A stretch of 64,000 nucleotides of DNA, from NCBI GenBank assembly GCA_044356395.1, contig JBIKWI010000001.1:3921-67920 (forward strand). Direction: 5' to 3'. The notes below the pieces were generated by a model, which worked only from the letters and a program-made list of their open reading frames with translations, was not told the DNA's origin and did not search any database. Every line of letters begins with the position of its first letter. Within the stretch, counting starts at the first letter, position 1. The translations under genes and the position numbers were made by a program. The stretch comes from Tagaea sp. (GTDB lineage: Bacteria > Pseudomonadota > Alphaproteobacteria > CACIAM-22H2). Positions 9,249-18,504 of this stretch are shown piece after piece.

Positions 9249-10274
9249 TCAGAGGCGCCGATCCGCCGGGACCGGCTTGAGATCCGAGAAAAACTGCGGT
9301 GCCGTCGCTTCGACGTGCTTGTAGAACTGCGCGTCGACCACGCTTGCGGCCGGCAGGGAACGGGCCATCCGCTTGTCGGCAACGAGGGCCGGTATGGTCG
9401 TCTTGTCGTAGCCTTCGAGGGTGTTCTTGGTCACCCGCAGGTCGTAGAGCGAGTTCCGGATGGCCACCTTCATGATGTCCATGTCGATGCCGGTGATCCA
9501 ACGCATGTTGATCTCCGCTGCCGCGTCGTAGTTCTGGCGCAGCCACTGGTGCGCCTCCGAGAACGCGACCATGAAGCGGCGGAGCTGTTCCGACTTCTGG
9601 GCGATCGTTGCGCGTGTCGTCAGGATCGATCCCGGATCGTAGCAGCTCTTGCAGTTGCCCCGGATGACTTCGATGGCGCCGGGCGTGCGAAGGGTCGCCA
9701 CTGTCGCCCAAGGCTCCCATGCCGCGACGGCGTGCACGTCGCCTTGGCGAAGAGCCGTGGCCGTGTCCGCCGGCCGGATATTGACGAGCGTCATGTCCGT
9801 GTCCTTGAGACCGGCCTGGGCGAGTATTCCGAGAAGATAGCCCTCCGCACCCGTCCCGCGTGCGAGACCGATTTTCTTGCCCCGCAGGCTCTGCAGATCG
9901 TCCTTGCGGACGCCACCCTGCGGTGTCGTGATCAGCGCATTGTTCTGCGAGTAGTTGGTCGACAGCGCGTCGCCGTGCAGGTGTCCGATCAGGACGATGG
10001 GCTGGCCGCGCGACACGCCTGCCAGAAACGGGATCGATCCCATGATGTTGACGTCCTGCGCATTGGCGAGCAGTCCGTTGATCATTTCGACGCCGGTCTG
10101 ATACATCACGATCTTCGCGTCGAGGCCGTGTTTGGCGAATATTCCGCGTTCGACGCCGATGAAGGCGGCGGCGTGATCGGTTGCGTAGGCCGCGCCGATC
10201 TTGATCTCGAGCGGCTGGGCCGTTGCCGCGCTTGCGCCAAGCAGCGCGATTGCGGCGATCAGTTTCTTGAACAT
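9249..10274 (-). CDS. ABC transporter substrate-binding protein, NitT/TauT (SsuA/NMT1-like) family, Sec signal peptide
   Basis: N-terminal MFKKLIAAIALLGASAATAQP signal; SsuA-like fold. Confidence 0.85.
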   Translation of the reverse strand: MFKKLIAAIALLGASAATAQPLEIKIGAAYATDHAAAFIGVERGIFAKHGLDAKIVMYQTGVEMINGLLANAQDVNIMGSIPFLAGVSRGQPIVLIGHLHGDALSTNYSQNNALITTPQGGVRKDDLQSLRGKKIGLARGTGAEGYLLGILAQAGLKDTDMTLVNIRPADTATALRQGDVHAVAAWEPWATVATLRTPGAIEVIRGNCKSCYDPGSILTTRATIAQKSEQLRRFMVAFSEAHQWLRQNYDAAAEINMRWITGIDMDIMKVAIRNSLYDLRVTKNTLEGYDKTTIPALVADKRMARSLPAASVVDAQFYKHVEATAPQFFSDLKPVPADRRL

Positions 10275-10317
10275 CTTTGTTTCCTCCTGGTGTCGTTCGG
10301 CTCTGTCGGCCGTTGCT

Positions 10318-11799
10318 TCAGTTTCTGTCGAGGCGGTTCTGCTCCGGTTTCGTCGGCCATAGGTAAGCGTTGGCCGGATTCGTCCGGCGGGCCCAGGCGC
10401 CGATCACGTCCTTGTCGAGACGGCGGGCACGCATGCGGGCATCGACGTCGTCCGGCGACCAGTCGGCGAGCAATCGTTCCAGCAGGCGTGCCAGGATCGG
10501 CGTGTGAGCCGGCGATTCGGCGAGGTCGTACAACTCGTCGGGATCGGATGCGAGATCGAAGAGCTGCGGCCGGTAGCCGTGGTAGTAGACCAGCTTCCAT
10601 CGGTCCCGGCGAAGCATGCGCTGGCGCACCGCCATTCCGCCGGTCCAGACCGGAACTTCATCGGTGCAGTATTCTGATACGGTTTCGTCGAGCCAGGGGG
10701 CCGAGCCGTTCTTGGCCACGTCGAGAAAGCTGCGTCCTTGCGAACCGGGAAGAGGCGGCGCACCCAATGCAGCGAGCATCGTCGCGGTCAGATCGACGAG
10801 ATTGACCACCTGCGAACGGCGTTGTCCTGCCGGAATCGTCCCGGGCCAAGACAAGATCATCGGGACGCGAACGGACTCCTCGTAGAAGGTGTGCTTCCAC
10901 CAAAGTCCGCGCTCGCCGATTTGGTCGCCGTGGTCCGTCGTATAGACGATCAATGTATCTTCGGCGAGACCGTTGCGGTGAAGGGCAGCGAGCACATCGC
11001 CGATCATCGCGTCGAGCCGGTATGTCAGCGCGTAGTATGCGGCGCGCGCACGATGCACGTCTTCCGGGTCGACGGTCTCGATGCCCCTGTTGGCGCGCCA
11101 CCATGCAAGCCACGGATGCTCGGTGCTCGGCAAAGGTGCCGCGATCCGCGGCCGGCGGACCTTGCTCGCGAACAGTTCGTAGTCTGCCGTCGTCGCGACA
11201 TAAGGCGGATGAGGCAGCATGAAGCCGACGGAAAGCGCGAACGGATCGTCATTTCCGGACCTGCGTTGCATGCCAAGTCGGTCGATGTACGCGATCGCTG
11301 CCCGGGTCACGTCCCGATCCTTGATCTCGTAAACGCTTTCCCCCGGGCCGCTGCGTACGACACTCGTACGGTGCGGATCGTTCGTTTCGTTGAGCACGCC
11401 CATATCGTGACGCGGAACGCCGCCCCAATTGGGACTATGGTCGCCGATTTCGCGTTCCGTATAGCCGTGCAACTGGTCCGGACCCATCGCATGCAGGCGA
11501 CCGATCAGAATGGGCCGATAGCCGGCTGCGCCCAGCGCGTGCGGCCAGGTGGCCCTGTCGGACGCGAGAAAATCGTCATTGGTCCAGCAGTCCTGGGCCG
11601 ACGGGTGTCGCGCCGTCAGCATCGACATGCGGGACGGCACGCAGATCGGCGAAGGGCAATAGGCGGCGTCGAACGTGACTCCGGTCGCGGCGAGCGAGTC
11701 GAGATTGGGCGTCTTGGCGATGCTATCGCCGTAGCAGCCCGCCACGTGGAACGCGTGTTGGTCGGAGAACAGGAAAAGGAGGTTCGGCCGCTTCTTCAT
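10318..11799 (-). CDS. Cys-type sulfatase (formylglycine-dependent), predicted cytoplasmic
   Basis: CVPSRMSMLTARH (C-x-P-x-R) sulfatase signature near the N-terminus; LLFLFSDQH; no signal peptide. Confidence 0.9.
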   Translation of the reverse strand: MKKRPNLLFLFSDQHAFHVAGCYGDSIAKTPNLDSLAATGVTFDAAYCPSPICVPSRMSMLTARHPSAQDCWTNDDFLASDRATWPHALGAAGYRPILIGRLHAMGPDQLHGYTEREIGDHSPNWGGVPRHDMGVLNETNDPHRTSVVRSGPGESVYEIKDRDVTRAAIAYIDRLGMQRRSGNDDPFALSVGFMLPHPPYVATTADYELFASKVRRPRIAAPLPSTEHPWLAWWRANRGIETVDPEDVHRARAAYYALTYRLDAMIGDVLAALHRNGLAEDTLIVYTTDHGDQIGERGLWWKHTFYEESVRVPMILSWPGTIPAGQRRSQVVNLVDLTATMLAALGAPPLPGSQGRSFLDVAKNGSAPWLDETVSEYCTDEVPVWTGGMAVRQRMLRRDRWKLVYYHGYRPQLFDLASDPDELYDLAESPAHTPILARLLERLLADWSPDDVDARMRARRLDKDVIGAWARRTNPANAYLWPTKPEQNRLDRN

Positions 11800-12446
11800 G
11801 GCGCCAGTCCGACGGCCCGTTGATGCGCGATGGTCAAGTGGCGGTCGAGGGCGGTCGCGGCACCCTCGGGGTCGCGCGCGCGGAACCCGGCAATCACGGC
11901 CATGTGCTCTTCGATCGCCGGCCGCACGCGCTCCGGGGTGAAGCGGCGATGCAGGCGAGCCAGACGGATCTTGTCGAAGTTCAGGCGATGGACATCCGAT
12001 AGCGTCCGGTTTCCGAGCCGGTCGATGACCAGATCGTGCATCATCCAGTCGACCCGAAGTGCCTCGTCGAGCGCTTCCCGATCGGGGTTCGGGCGGATGC
12101 GCTTCAGCACGCGAGCCGTCTGCGCCTCGAGATCGCGGATCAGCGACATGGGCGCTTCGGTCGCGAAATGACGTGCAGCGGCAAGCTCCAGTATCCGCCG
12201 CAGCCCGAACGCTTCGTTCAGCAAGGCGACATTGACGTCGGCGATCTGGATGCCGCGCTGCGGGATCAGCCGGACGAGCGCTTCGGCTTCGAGCTTCTTG
12301 AGGGCCTCGCGAAGCGGGCCGATGGGGACCTTTACGATCTCGCTGAGTTCGCGCTGCGTGATGAACTGCCCGGGCTCGAGGGCACGCGCGAAAAGCCGCT
12401 CCTTGAACCGATCATAGGCCTTGTGGCGCAACATCGCTTGGCTCAT
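11796..12446 (-). CDS. GntR family transcriptional regulator (FadR/FCD-type C-terminal domain)
   Basis: wHTH ITQRELSEIVKVPIGPLREALKKLE. Start placed at the MSQAMLRH ATG (12446); the track's upstream start at 12476 would run into the AT-rich operator region. Stop shares ATGA with the sulfatase start. Confidence 0.8.
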   Translation of the reverse strand: MSQAMLRHKAYDRFKERLFARALEPGQFITQRELSEIVKVPIGPLREALKKLEAEALVRLIPQRGIQIADVNVALLNEAFGLRRILELAAARHFATEAPMSLIRDLEAQTARVLKRIRPNPDREALDEALRVDWMMHDLVIDRLGNRTLSDVHRLNFDKIRLARLHRRFTPERVRPAIEEHMAVIAGFRARDPEGAATALDRHLTIAHQRAVGLAP

Positions 12447-12455
12447 GTTTCCATC

Positions 12456-12477
12456 TATAACTGAGATATCAGTCATA
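12456..12477. promoter_or_regulatory. Candidate GntR operator / divergent promoter: inverted repeat TATAACTGA-GATA-TCAGTCATA (core ACTGA-N4-TCAGT) inside an AT-rich island
   Basis: Read directly from the sequence between the GntR start (12446, minus) and the mutarotase start (12514, plus). This is the only AT-rich stretch in the region. A palindrome of this kind is plausible for GntR-family operators, but the assignment to GntR is inference. Confidence 0.5.
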
Positions 12478-12513
12478 TCTCAAGCGCCGATTCTCCGACG
12501 GAAGGAGCGAAAC

Positions 12514-12873
12514 ATGGACACCGCCAACCCGATCGGGCCATTGCCGGCTGCCGAGAGCGTCGCGTTCTGCCTGCGCTTGCGGCCGGGCACCGAGGCCGAG
12601 TACCAGCGGCGACACGACGAGATCTGGCCGGAAATGCGCGCGACGATCGTGGGCGCGGGAATCCTCCATTTCGAGATCCACCTGATGCACGAATACGGTC
12701 TGCTGTTCGCGTTCGTCGTGCGCCGCGGCGACCATTCGATGGATTCTTTCCGCGGCAATCCCGTCTGGCGGCGATGGCAGGCACACATGTCCGACATCCT
12801 TCTTCAGGACGGCGACAGTCCGCTGCGGATCCCGCTGGAGCGCGTCTTCAGCCTGCGCGCAGGAACGGCCTAG
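12514..12873 (+). CDS. rhaM: L-rhamnose mutarotase family protein (RhaM/YiiL-like)
   Basis: EYQRRHDEIWPEM...PVWRRWQAHMSD matches the conserved RhaM core (EYxxRHxxIWPE ... WW..M) as I recall it; GAAGGAG RBS 6 nt upstream; about 119 aa. Confidence 0.7.
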   Translation: MDTANPIGPLPAAESVAFCLRLRPGTEAEYQRRHDEIWPEMRATIVGAGILHFEIHLMHEYGLLFAFVVRRGDHSMDSFRGNPVWRRWQAHMSDILLQDGDSPLRIPLERVFSLRAGTA

Positions 12874-13772
12874 AACGCTGCCAGGAACGGCGGGCGCGCG
12901 GAGTAGGGCACGCGGATAGCGAGCAGATCGCCGGCAAGCGGCTGGCGTGCGAGTTCCTGTGCGGACAGGACACGGCGCTGGGAAGTCACGAACAGCGTGC
13001 GTCCGTCGGGTCCGCCGAGCGTGGGCATCGTGGGGCGCGATACGGGTAGTTCGACGACGAGGTCGAGCATGCCGTCGGGTCGAAAGCGCTCGATCCTGCC
13101 GGCTTCGATGAGCGCGACCCACAGCCCGCCTTCGGCATCGATGCAACTGCCATCCGGCGCGCCTGTTTCCGGGAACTGAACGAACGGCCGCGCTGGACCG
13201 GCCAATCCGGACGCCGGATCGTAAGCCGCGACTTCGATCGTGCGGCTGCGCGTGTCGCAGAAAAAGAACCGGGAGCCGTCCGTCGAGAAGTCGATCGCGT
13301 TCGGTATGCGGATCTCCGTACGGATCCGGTCCAGCCGACCGTCGAGGTCGAGGCGATAGAGCGAACCGACTGGCGCGCCGGAGCCGGACTTGTCCATCGT
13401 TCCGAACCAGAGTCGACCGGCCGGATCGGGCTTTCCTTCATTGATCCGGGTTGTCGTCACGTCCGATTCGACGGCGACGATGCGTTCCCCCAGACCGTCC
13501 GACGGGTCGAACGGATAGAGGCCATCCTCGAGGCCGACGAGGAGCCCGCCCGTCCGTCGCCCGACCAGCAGGCCCGGCATGCTGGGAAGCGGGTATTCGA
13601 CTGTGTCCCCACTGCCCGGCGAACAGCCGAGCAGCCGTTGTCCCTGGATATCGACCCACCACAGCATACCCGAACCGGCGTCCCAGAACGGGCATTCGCC
13701 GGTCACGGCATTGCCGTGGTGGATCGCGACGGTCTCGTGCCGACCGATCGTCCGCACGTCCGGCTTCGTCAC
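12870..13772 (-). CDS. SMP-30/gluconolactonase/LRE-like lactonase
   Basis: N-terminal GECPFWD...LWWVDI and repeated six-bladed-propeller motifs; GTG start at 13772 overlapping the SBP stop (GTGA); 3' end overlaps the convergent rhaM stop by 4 nt. Confidence 0.8.
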   Translation of the reverse strand: MTKPDVRTIGRHETVAIHHGNAVTGECPFWDAGSGMLWWVDIQGQRLLGCSPGSGDTVEYPLPSMPGLLVGRRTGGLLVGLEDGLYPFDPSDGLGERIVAVESDVTTTRINEGKPDPAGRLWFGTMDKSGSGAPVGSLYRLDLDGRLDRIRTEIRIPNAIDFSTDGSRFFFCDTRSRTIEVAAYDPASGLAGPARPFVQFPETGAPDGSCIDAEGGLWVALIEAGRIERFRPDGMLDLVVELPVSRPTMPTLGGPDGRTLFVTSQRRVLSAQELARQPLAGDLLAIRVPYSARPPFLAAF

Positions 13773-14986
13773 GCCAGCTTCCAGGAATCGATTTCCCAGA
13801 CCGGCGCGCCGCGGGTGTCCGGTGCCGAGCGGTCGGCGAATGCCGCTGGGGCAGGATCCTTGCCGACCCGTTCCCAGGCCTCTCGCGACAGCGGTGCTCC
13901 CAGAGCAAGAGTGCGTTTGACGGAGTCCGGGTTGAGCTCGCTCTGGAAGATCGTCTTGACCTTCGACATGCCGATCAGGGACCGCGCGTCCCCCTCGGTG
14001 ATCCACGACCAGCCGCGCTTGCGGTACAGGATGTTCTCGACATAGGGACGCTGGGCCGCCCGGTCGCTGAACCACTCCTTGTTGGCGAGGTCGATTACCT
14101 CGTCTGTCGTCATCTTCGTCGTCAGCTGGACAGCCCGTGCATTCGCGACGAGAAGCGCCACGACGGCCTTGGGGTTCTCGCGCATGAACTGTTCGCGTGC
14201 GACCCACCAGATCCGGTGCGGATAGTAGGCTTCGGGATGGAATCCGGTCTTGCTGAAGCTCGCGACCCTGTGGCCCTCGCCCTTTCCTTCAGGACCGTCG
14301 TAGGCCGGGCCGGTCGATCCGTCGTTTCGCACGAGCGCCACGAGCTCGCCCGCATTCTCCGCGCCCCGCGCAGCCGGATCGACGTTGAGGACGGCATCGA
14401 TTCCCGGCTGTGCGCGCGTCAGCTCGGTGAACGCCTGGATATTCTTGACCGTGATGTTCAGCTCCTTGACGTCGTCGGTCCCGAAATGCGCCTTCAGCAT
14501 CAGCATCAGGACAAGATGAAGATCGGACCCGACGATCGTCAGGATCGTCTTGCCGCGCAGATCGTCGAGCTTCCTGATCGGCGATCCTTTCGGGACCTGC
14601 AGCGGAAACTTGATGCCGCCGCCGCCGATCGCGATCGGTACGGCCGGATTGGGCTGGGCGAGGTTCCGGATCGTCGGCGTCGAGCCGAGCATCCCGATGT
14701 CGAGCTGGCCGGCGGCCAAGCCCTGGAGCATCCGGAGGAGAACGGGAAAGTTCAGGTACTCGGCATCGATACGCAAGCCGAGTTCCTCCGCCGCCTTCTC
14801 CAGCAGCTTGTCGCGCTGCATCGCGAAAACAAGCGGCGCGCCGTCATTCGTAAGGCCGACTCCCATCGACATCTTCAGCGCCTGGGCCAAGGAGGGGCTG
14901 GCGCGGAAGAGCGGCAGCGCCGCCAGGGCAGCGGCACCGCCCGTCTTCAGGACCGAACGTCTTGTCGTATCTGCATCGCGTTCCAT
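13769..14986 (-). CDS. ABC transporter substrate-binding protein, NitT/TauT (NMT1-like) family, twin-arginine signal
   Basis: N-terminal TRRSVLKTGGAAALAALPL Tat motif; 405 aa, larger than SsuA. Confidence 0.8.
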   Translation of the reverse strand: MERDADTTRRSVLKTGGAAALAALPLFRASPSLAQALKMSMGVGLTNDGAPLVFAMQRDKLLEKAAEELGLRIDAEYLNFPVLLRMLQGLAAGQLDIGMLGSTPTIRNLAQPNPAVPIAIGGGGIKFPLQVPKGSPIRKLDDLRGKTILTIVGSDLHLVLMLMLKAHFGTDDVKELNITVKNIQAFTELTRAQPGIDAVLNVDPAARGAENAGELVALVRNDGSTGPAYDGPEGKGEGHRVASFSKTGFHPEAYYPHRIWWVAREQFMRENPKAVVALLVANARAVQLTTKMTTDEVIDLANKEWFSDRAAQRPYVENILYRKRGWSWITEGDARSLIGMSKVKTIFQSELNPDSVKRTLALGAPLSREAWERVGKDPAPAAFADRSAPDTRGAPVWEIDSWKLA

Positions 14987-15024
14987 GAGGTTCCTCCGGG
15001 TTTTGACTTCGGCGTTTCTGGTTT

Positions 15025-15840
15025 CTACGGTTCTTCGACGATTGCCTGTGCGGCTTCAGAACGGATCAGGTTCCAGATCTGCTCGACGAGTCGAGCCGCT
15101 TCCGGCGACGAGCGGACACCGCTGCGCGGACGAGGGAGGTCGATTGGGACGATCTCTTTGATCTGGCCCGGCCTGCGGCCAAGTACGACGACGCGGTCGG
15201 ACAGGTAGACGGCTTCATCGATCCCATGCGTGACGAAGAGCACCGACTTTCGCTCGACCCCGGGACTGGCGTCGCCCCACAGCCGGAGAAGTTCGTCCTG
15301 AAGGATCACGCGTGTCTGCAAATCGACGGCCGCAAGCGGCTCGTCCATCAGCCAGACCTCCGGCTCGTTGGCGAGCAGGCGCGCGAGGGCGCAGCGCTGG
15401 CGCATACCGCCGGACAGCTCGTGCGGATACCTGTCCTCGAATCCGGAAAGGCCGACCATCTCGATATTCCGCCGGACAAGGTCGGTCCGGCGAGCGGCGC
15501 CGAGACCCCGGGCGAGCGGGCCGAACTCGACGTTTCCGCGGACCGTACGCCATGGGAAAAGAGCGTAGTCCTGGAACATCACGCCGCGTTCCGGGCCTGG
15601 CCCCGTGATCGCCCGGCCATCGAACCGGACCACACCGGACGAAGGTTCCGCGAACCCGGCGACAAGAGACAGGAGCGTTGATTTTCCGCAGCCGGAAGGG
15701 CCGACGATAGACACGAACTCGTTCGGCATGACCTGGAAGGATACGTCGCGCAGCGCCTCGACCTTCGTTCCGTTGCGGGCGGAAACGTAGATCTTCCCGA
15801 GGTTGGCGGCCTCGATCTTGGGGGCGGTCATTTCTGCCAT
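15025..15840 (-). CDS. ABC transporter ATP-binding protein, NitT/TauT family
   Basis: GPSGCGKST; LSGGMRQR; LMDEP. Confidence 0.9.
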   Translation of the reverse strand: MAEMTAPKIEAANLGKIYVSARNGTKVEALRDVSFQVMPNEFVSIVGPSGCGKSTLLSLVAGFAEPSSGVVRFDGRAITGPGPERGVMFQDYALFPWRTVRGNVEFGPLARGLGAARRTDLVRRNIEMVGLSGFEDRYPHELSGGMRQRCALARLLANEPEVWLMDEPLAAVDLQTRVILQDELLRLWGDASPGVERKSVLFVTHGIDEAVYLSDRVVVLGRRPGQIKEIVPIDLPRPRSGVRSSPEAARLVEQIWNLIRSEAAQAIVEEP

Positions 15841-16607
15841 GGGGTCACCGCGCGCTGGAGCGAACGAACGCCATAGTCGATGGCCATGCTGATGAGTCCG
15901 ATACTGGCCATGTAGAGAACTAGCCCGTTTATGTCCCGTTTTATGTACAGAGTGTTGACCATAAGCTGCCCCAGTCCGACTGTCGCCGCGCCACCCGGAT
16001 TGACCTTGATGCCGATCGCCATCTCAGCCGCAATGATCGATCCCCACGCGAATGCCATCGCGATGCGTGCGCCGGTGAGCACGACGGGAAGCGCTCCCGG
16101 CACGATGATCGCGTGTAACGTTAGCCATCGTCCGGCGCCGAGTGCGCGCCCGGCGTCGACGAGACGGCGGTCAATGAGCCGCACGGCCTGAATCGTGTTG
16201 AGGACGAACGGGAAGAAGGCGGCATACGCGACGATGAAAAGCGCGGCATTTCCGCGGATGCCGAGCCATAGGAGTGCCATCGGTATCCATGCGATCGGCG
16301 CGATCGCGCGCAGCGAGTCGACGATCGGGTCGAGTGCCCGCCGTACCGGCTCGGCAAGTCCCATGAGCAGGCCCAGCGGAATGCCGAAAAGGGCGGCGAT
16401 CGCAAACCCGGTCGTGACCCGCTGAAGGCTGCCCGCAATGGCAGTCAGTAGCGTGCCGTCGGCAAGCGCACGAACAGCCGCTTCGGCGATTCCGGACGGG
16501 TAAGGCGCGATCTTCGCCGATCCCGTCGCGTGGACGCCCGCTTCCCATGCGACCAGGACAGTCGCGAAGAAAACAAGTGGAGCTGCCCGGCGCTGCTTGG
16601 GCGTCAT
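15828..16607 (-). CDS. ABC transporter permease, NitT/TauT family
   Basis: Start at MTPKQRRAAPLVFF (ATG 16607, ATGA with the upstream permease stop); the 471-aa ORF is an extension. Confidence 0.8.
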   Translation of the reverse strand: MTPKQRRAAPLVFFATVLVAWEAGVHATGSAKIAPYPSGIAEAAVRALADGTLLTAIAGSLQRVTTGFAIAALFGIPLGLLMGLAEPVRRALDPIVDSLRAIAPIAWIPMALLWLGIRGNAALFIVAYAAFFPFVLNTIQAVRLIDRRLVDAGRALGAGRWLTLHAIIVPGALPVVLTGARIAMAFAWGSIIAAEMAIGIKVNPGGAATVGLGQLMVNTLYIKRDINGLVLYMASIGLISMAIDYGVRSLQRAVTPWQK

Positions 16608-17380
16608 GCGCCCTCCATGCGGGTATCCGCACTCCAGCGCGTGAGTCCCGATTGGATACGTCGCAGGACCAGATCGAGCGCGTAGCCGAGAACGCCGATT
16701 GAAAGAATGACGGCCATGACCTTGTCCATGGCGAAGAACTCCTGATACCAGAATATCCGCCAGCCGAGTCCGGCATCGGCACCCGTGAGTTCGGCGGCAA
16801 CCATCGCGGCCCATGCCACACCGAGACTGAGGCGGGCGCCTGCGAGGACCAAAGGCAGTGCCGCCGGCAGCACGACATGCGTGACCACCATGCGCTCGGG
16901 CGCTCCCAGCGACCGCGCGGCGTTGAGGAGGTTCGGGTCGACCTGTCGTATTCCCGCGAGTGTATTGACGAAGATTGGAAACGCCGACGCATAGAAGATC
17001 AGGAAAATCGGCACGCCGCGCCCAATTCCGAAGAAGATGATGGCGAGCGGGATCCATGCGATCGCGCCGATGGGTCGCAGGAATTCCATGAACGGGTCGG
17101 CGATGGCATCGACGATCTCGAACCGGGCGCATAGTACGGCAAGAGCGAGGCCGAGCGTCGCGCCGGCGCCGTATCCGGTCGCCAGATGCACGAGGCTTGC
17201 GGCGATATCGGCAGGCAGATCGCTTCGGAGAAGTTCGAGCCACGCCTTACCTACGGCGGGCGGAGCGGGAACCAGCGTCGCGTTCGCGACTTGCAGCGCC
17301 ACTGCGTGCCATGCAATGCCGACGACGCCGAGCGCAAGGCCGAACTCGGCAAGCCTGCGGAAGTGGCGAAAGACATTCAC
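16604..17380 (-). CDS. ABC transporter permease, NitT/TauT family
   Basis: GTG start at 17380 overlapping the enolase stop (GTGA); SsuC-like profile. Confidence 0.8.
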   Translation of the reverse strand: MNVFRHFRRLAEFGLALGVVGIAWHAVALQVANATLVPAPPAVGKAWLELLRSDLPADIAASLVHLATGYGAGATLGLALAVLCARFEIVDAIADPFMEFLRPIGAIAWIPLAIIFFGIGRGVPIFLIFYASAFPIFVNTLAGIRQVDPNLLNAARSLGAPERMVVTHVVLPAALPLVLAGARLSLGVAWAAMVAAELTGADAGLGWRIFWYQEFFAMDKVMAVILSIGVLGYALDLVLRRIQSGLTRWSADTRMEGA

Positions 17381-18504
17381 GCCGATGGCCCGCGAAGCTC
17401 GGACAGCGAAATCAGCTTTCCGGCGTCGAGCGAGATGCCGAGCCCCGGCCCCGCCGGCAGCGCGCTGTTTCCTTGATGGGTAAGTGGCAGGCTATCGAGG
17501 AGTATCGAAGAGAAGACAGGGCTTTCGTCGTACTGGTGCTCGAGAATCATCATGCCGGGCAGCGTCGCGCAGAGCTGGAGGCTTGCGACATGAGACACCG
17601 GACCGCTCGGATTGTGCGGCGCCACCTTCATGCCGCGAGTCGCCGCGTAGTCGGCGGTCCGGCGGAACTCGACCATGCCGCCGGCATACTTGATATCGGG
17701 CATCAGGACGTCGTACGTGCCGGCATCGATGAAAGGACGGAAGCCTTCGAGCGCAGTTTCGGTCTCGCAGCCGGCCAGCACCGCGCCTAACCGGTTCGCC
17801 TGCGCGCGCAGTTGCCTTAGTCCTTCGAAGTTCTCGGGGTGCTCGGGCAATGGGCATTCGAACCAGGTGACCCCCAGTTCGGCCAGTGCGTCGAGTGCAA
17901 TCGACGCATTGGCGAGATCGAAGCGCCAGTGGCAGTCGACGAAGAGGCGGCGCTTCGGTCCGATTTCCGAGCGGACTGCCGCTGCGCGAGCGATCCCTTC
18001 AGCGACATTTTCGCCGCTTCCTGGCCGGACGGCATCGAATGGCGCGATCTTCACTGTTTCGAACCCGTCGGCGATCGCCTTCCTCGCGCTTGCCGCGAAG
18101 CCCGCCGGTGTCCGGTCGACGGTCCGTCTGTTGATGTTCGCATAGAGCGGAATCGTGTCGCGAACGGTTGTGCCGATAAGGTCGCGCATCGGGCGGCCTT
18201 CACGGCGTCCGGCCGCGTCCCAAAGCGCCTGGTCGAGCGCGCTGGCGATCGCGGCCCCCGCTCGATCGGTGCGGCGCACGCCGCACCGATCGAGCGGGTT
18301 GTCGCAAGGGTGTGCACTTGTGCCGCACAGTTGTGCGGCTAGGGGAGACAATGCCGCGGCGAGATCTCCCTCCTGTCCTGCAAGCGTGGCTTCTCCCCAA
18401 CCGGAGTTTCCGTCGGAGTCGCGGACATGGACGAAGACCCAGATGGTTTTCGCGCTCGCGCGCGCGGCATGGCCGTCGATGGACCGGATTGTGGCAAACG
18501 TCAT
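17377..18504 (-). CDS. Enolase-superfamily enzyme (mandelate racemase / muconate lactonizing family; likely acid-sugar dehydratase)
   Basis: Start MTFATIRSIDG; KxK / D...E...D metal-ligand spacing (KIAPFD...DCHWRF...EHP...DIKYAGG); about 375 aa. Confidence 0.75.
   Translation of the reverse strand: MTFATIRSIDGHAARASAKTIWVFVHVRDSDGNSGWGEATLAGQEGDLAAALSPLAAQLCGTSAHPCDNPLDRCGVRRTDRAGAAIASALDQALWDAAGRREGRPMRDLIGTTVRDTIPLYANINRRTVDRTPAGFAASARKAIADGFETVKIAPFDAVRPGSGENVAEGIARAAAVRSEIGPKRRLFVDCHWRFDLANASIALDALAELGVTWFECPLPEHPENFEGLRQLRAQANRLGAVLAGCETETALEGFRPFIDAGTYDVLMPDIKYAGGMVEFRRTADYAATRGMKVAPHNPSGPVSHVASLQLCATLPGMMILEHQYDESPVFSSILLDSLPLTHQGNSALPAGPGLGISLDAGKLISLSELRGPSA

Noticed and set aside
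8919-10805. 628-aa plus-strand ORF spanning the SBP and sulfatase region
   Set aside because: Antisense to two well-supported minus-strand genes; low-complexity Arg/Ser/Pro composition.
12447-12476. Ten extra N-terminal codons (MTDISVIDGN) of the GntR ORF
   Set aside because: They coincide with the AT-rich palindromic operator region and would leave only 37 bp for two divergent promoters; the internal ATG at 12446 is preferred.
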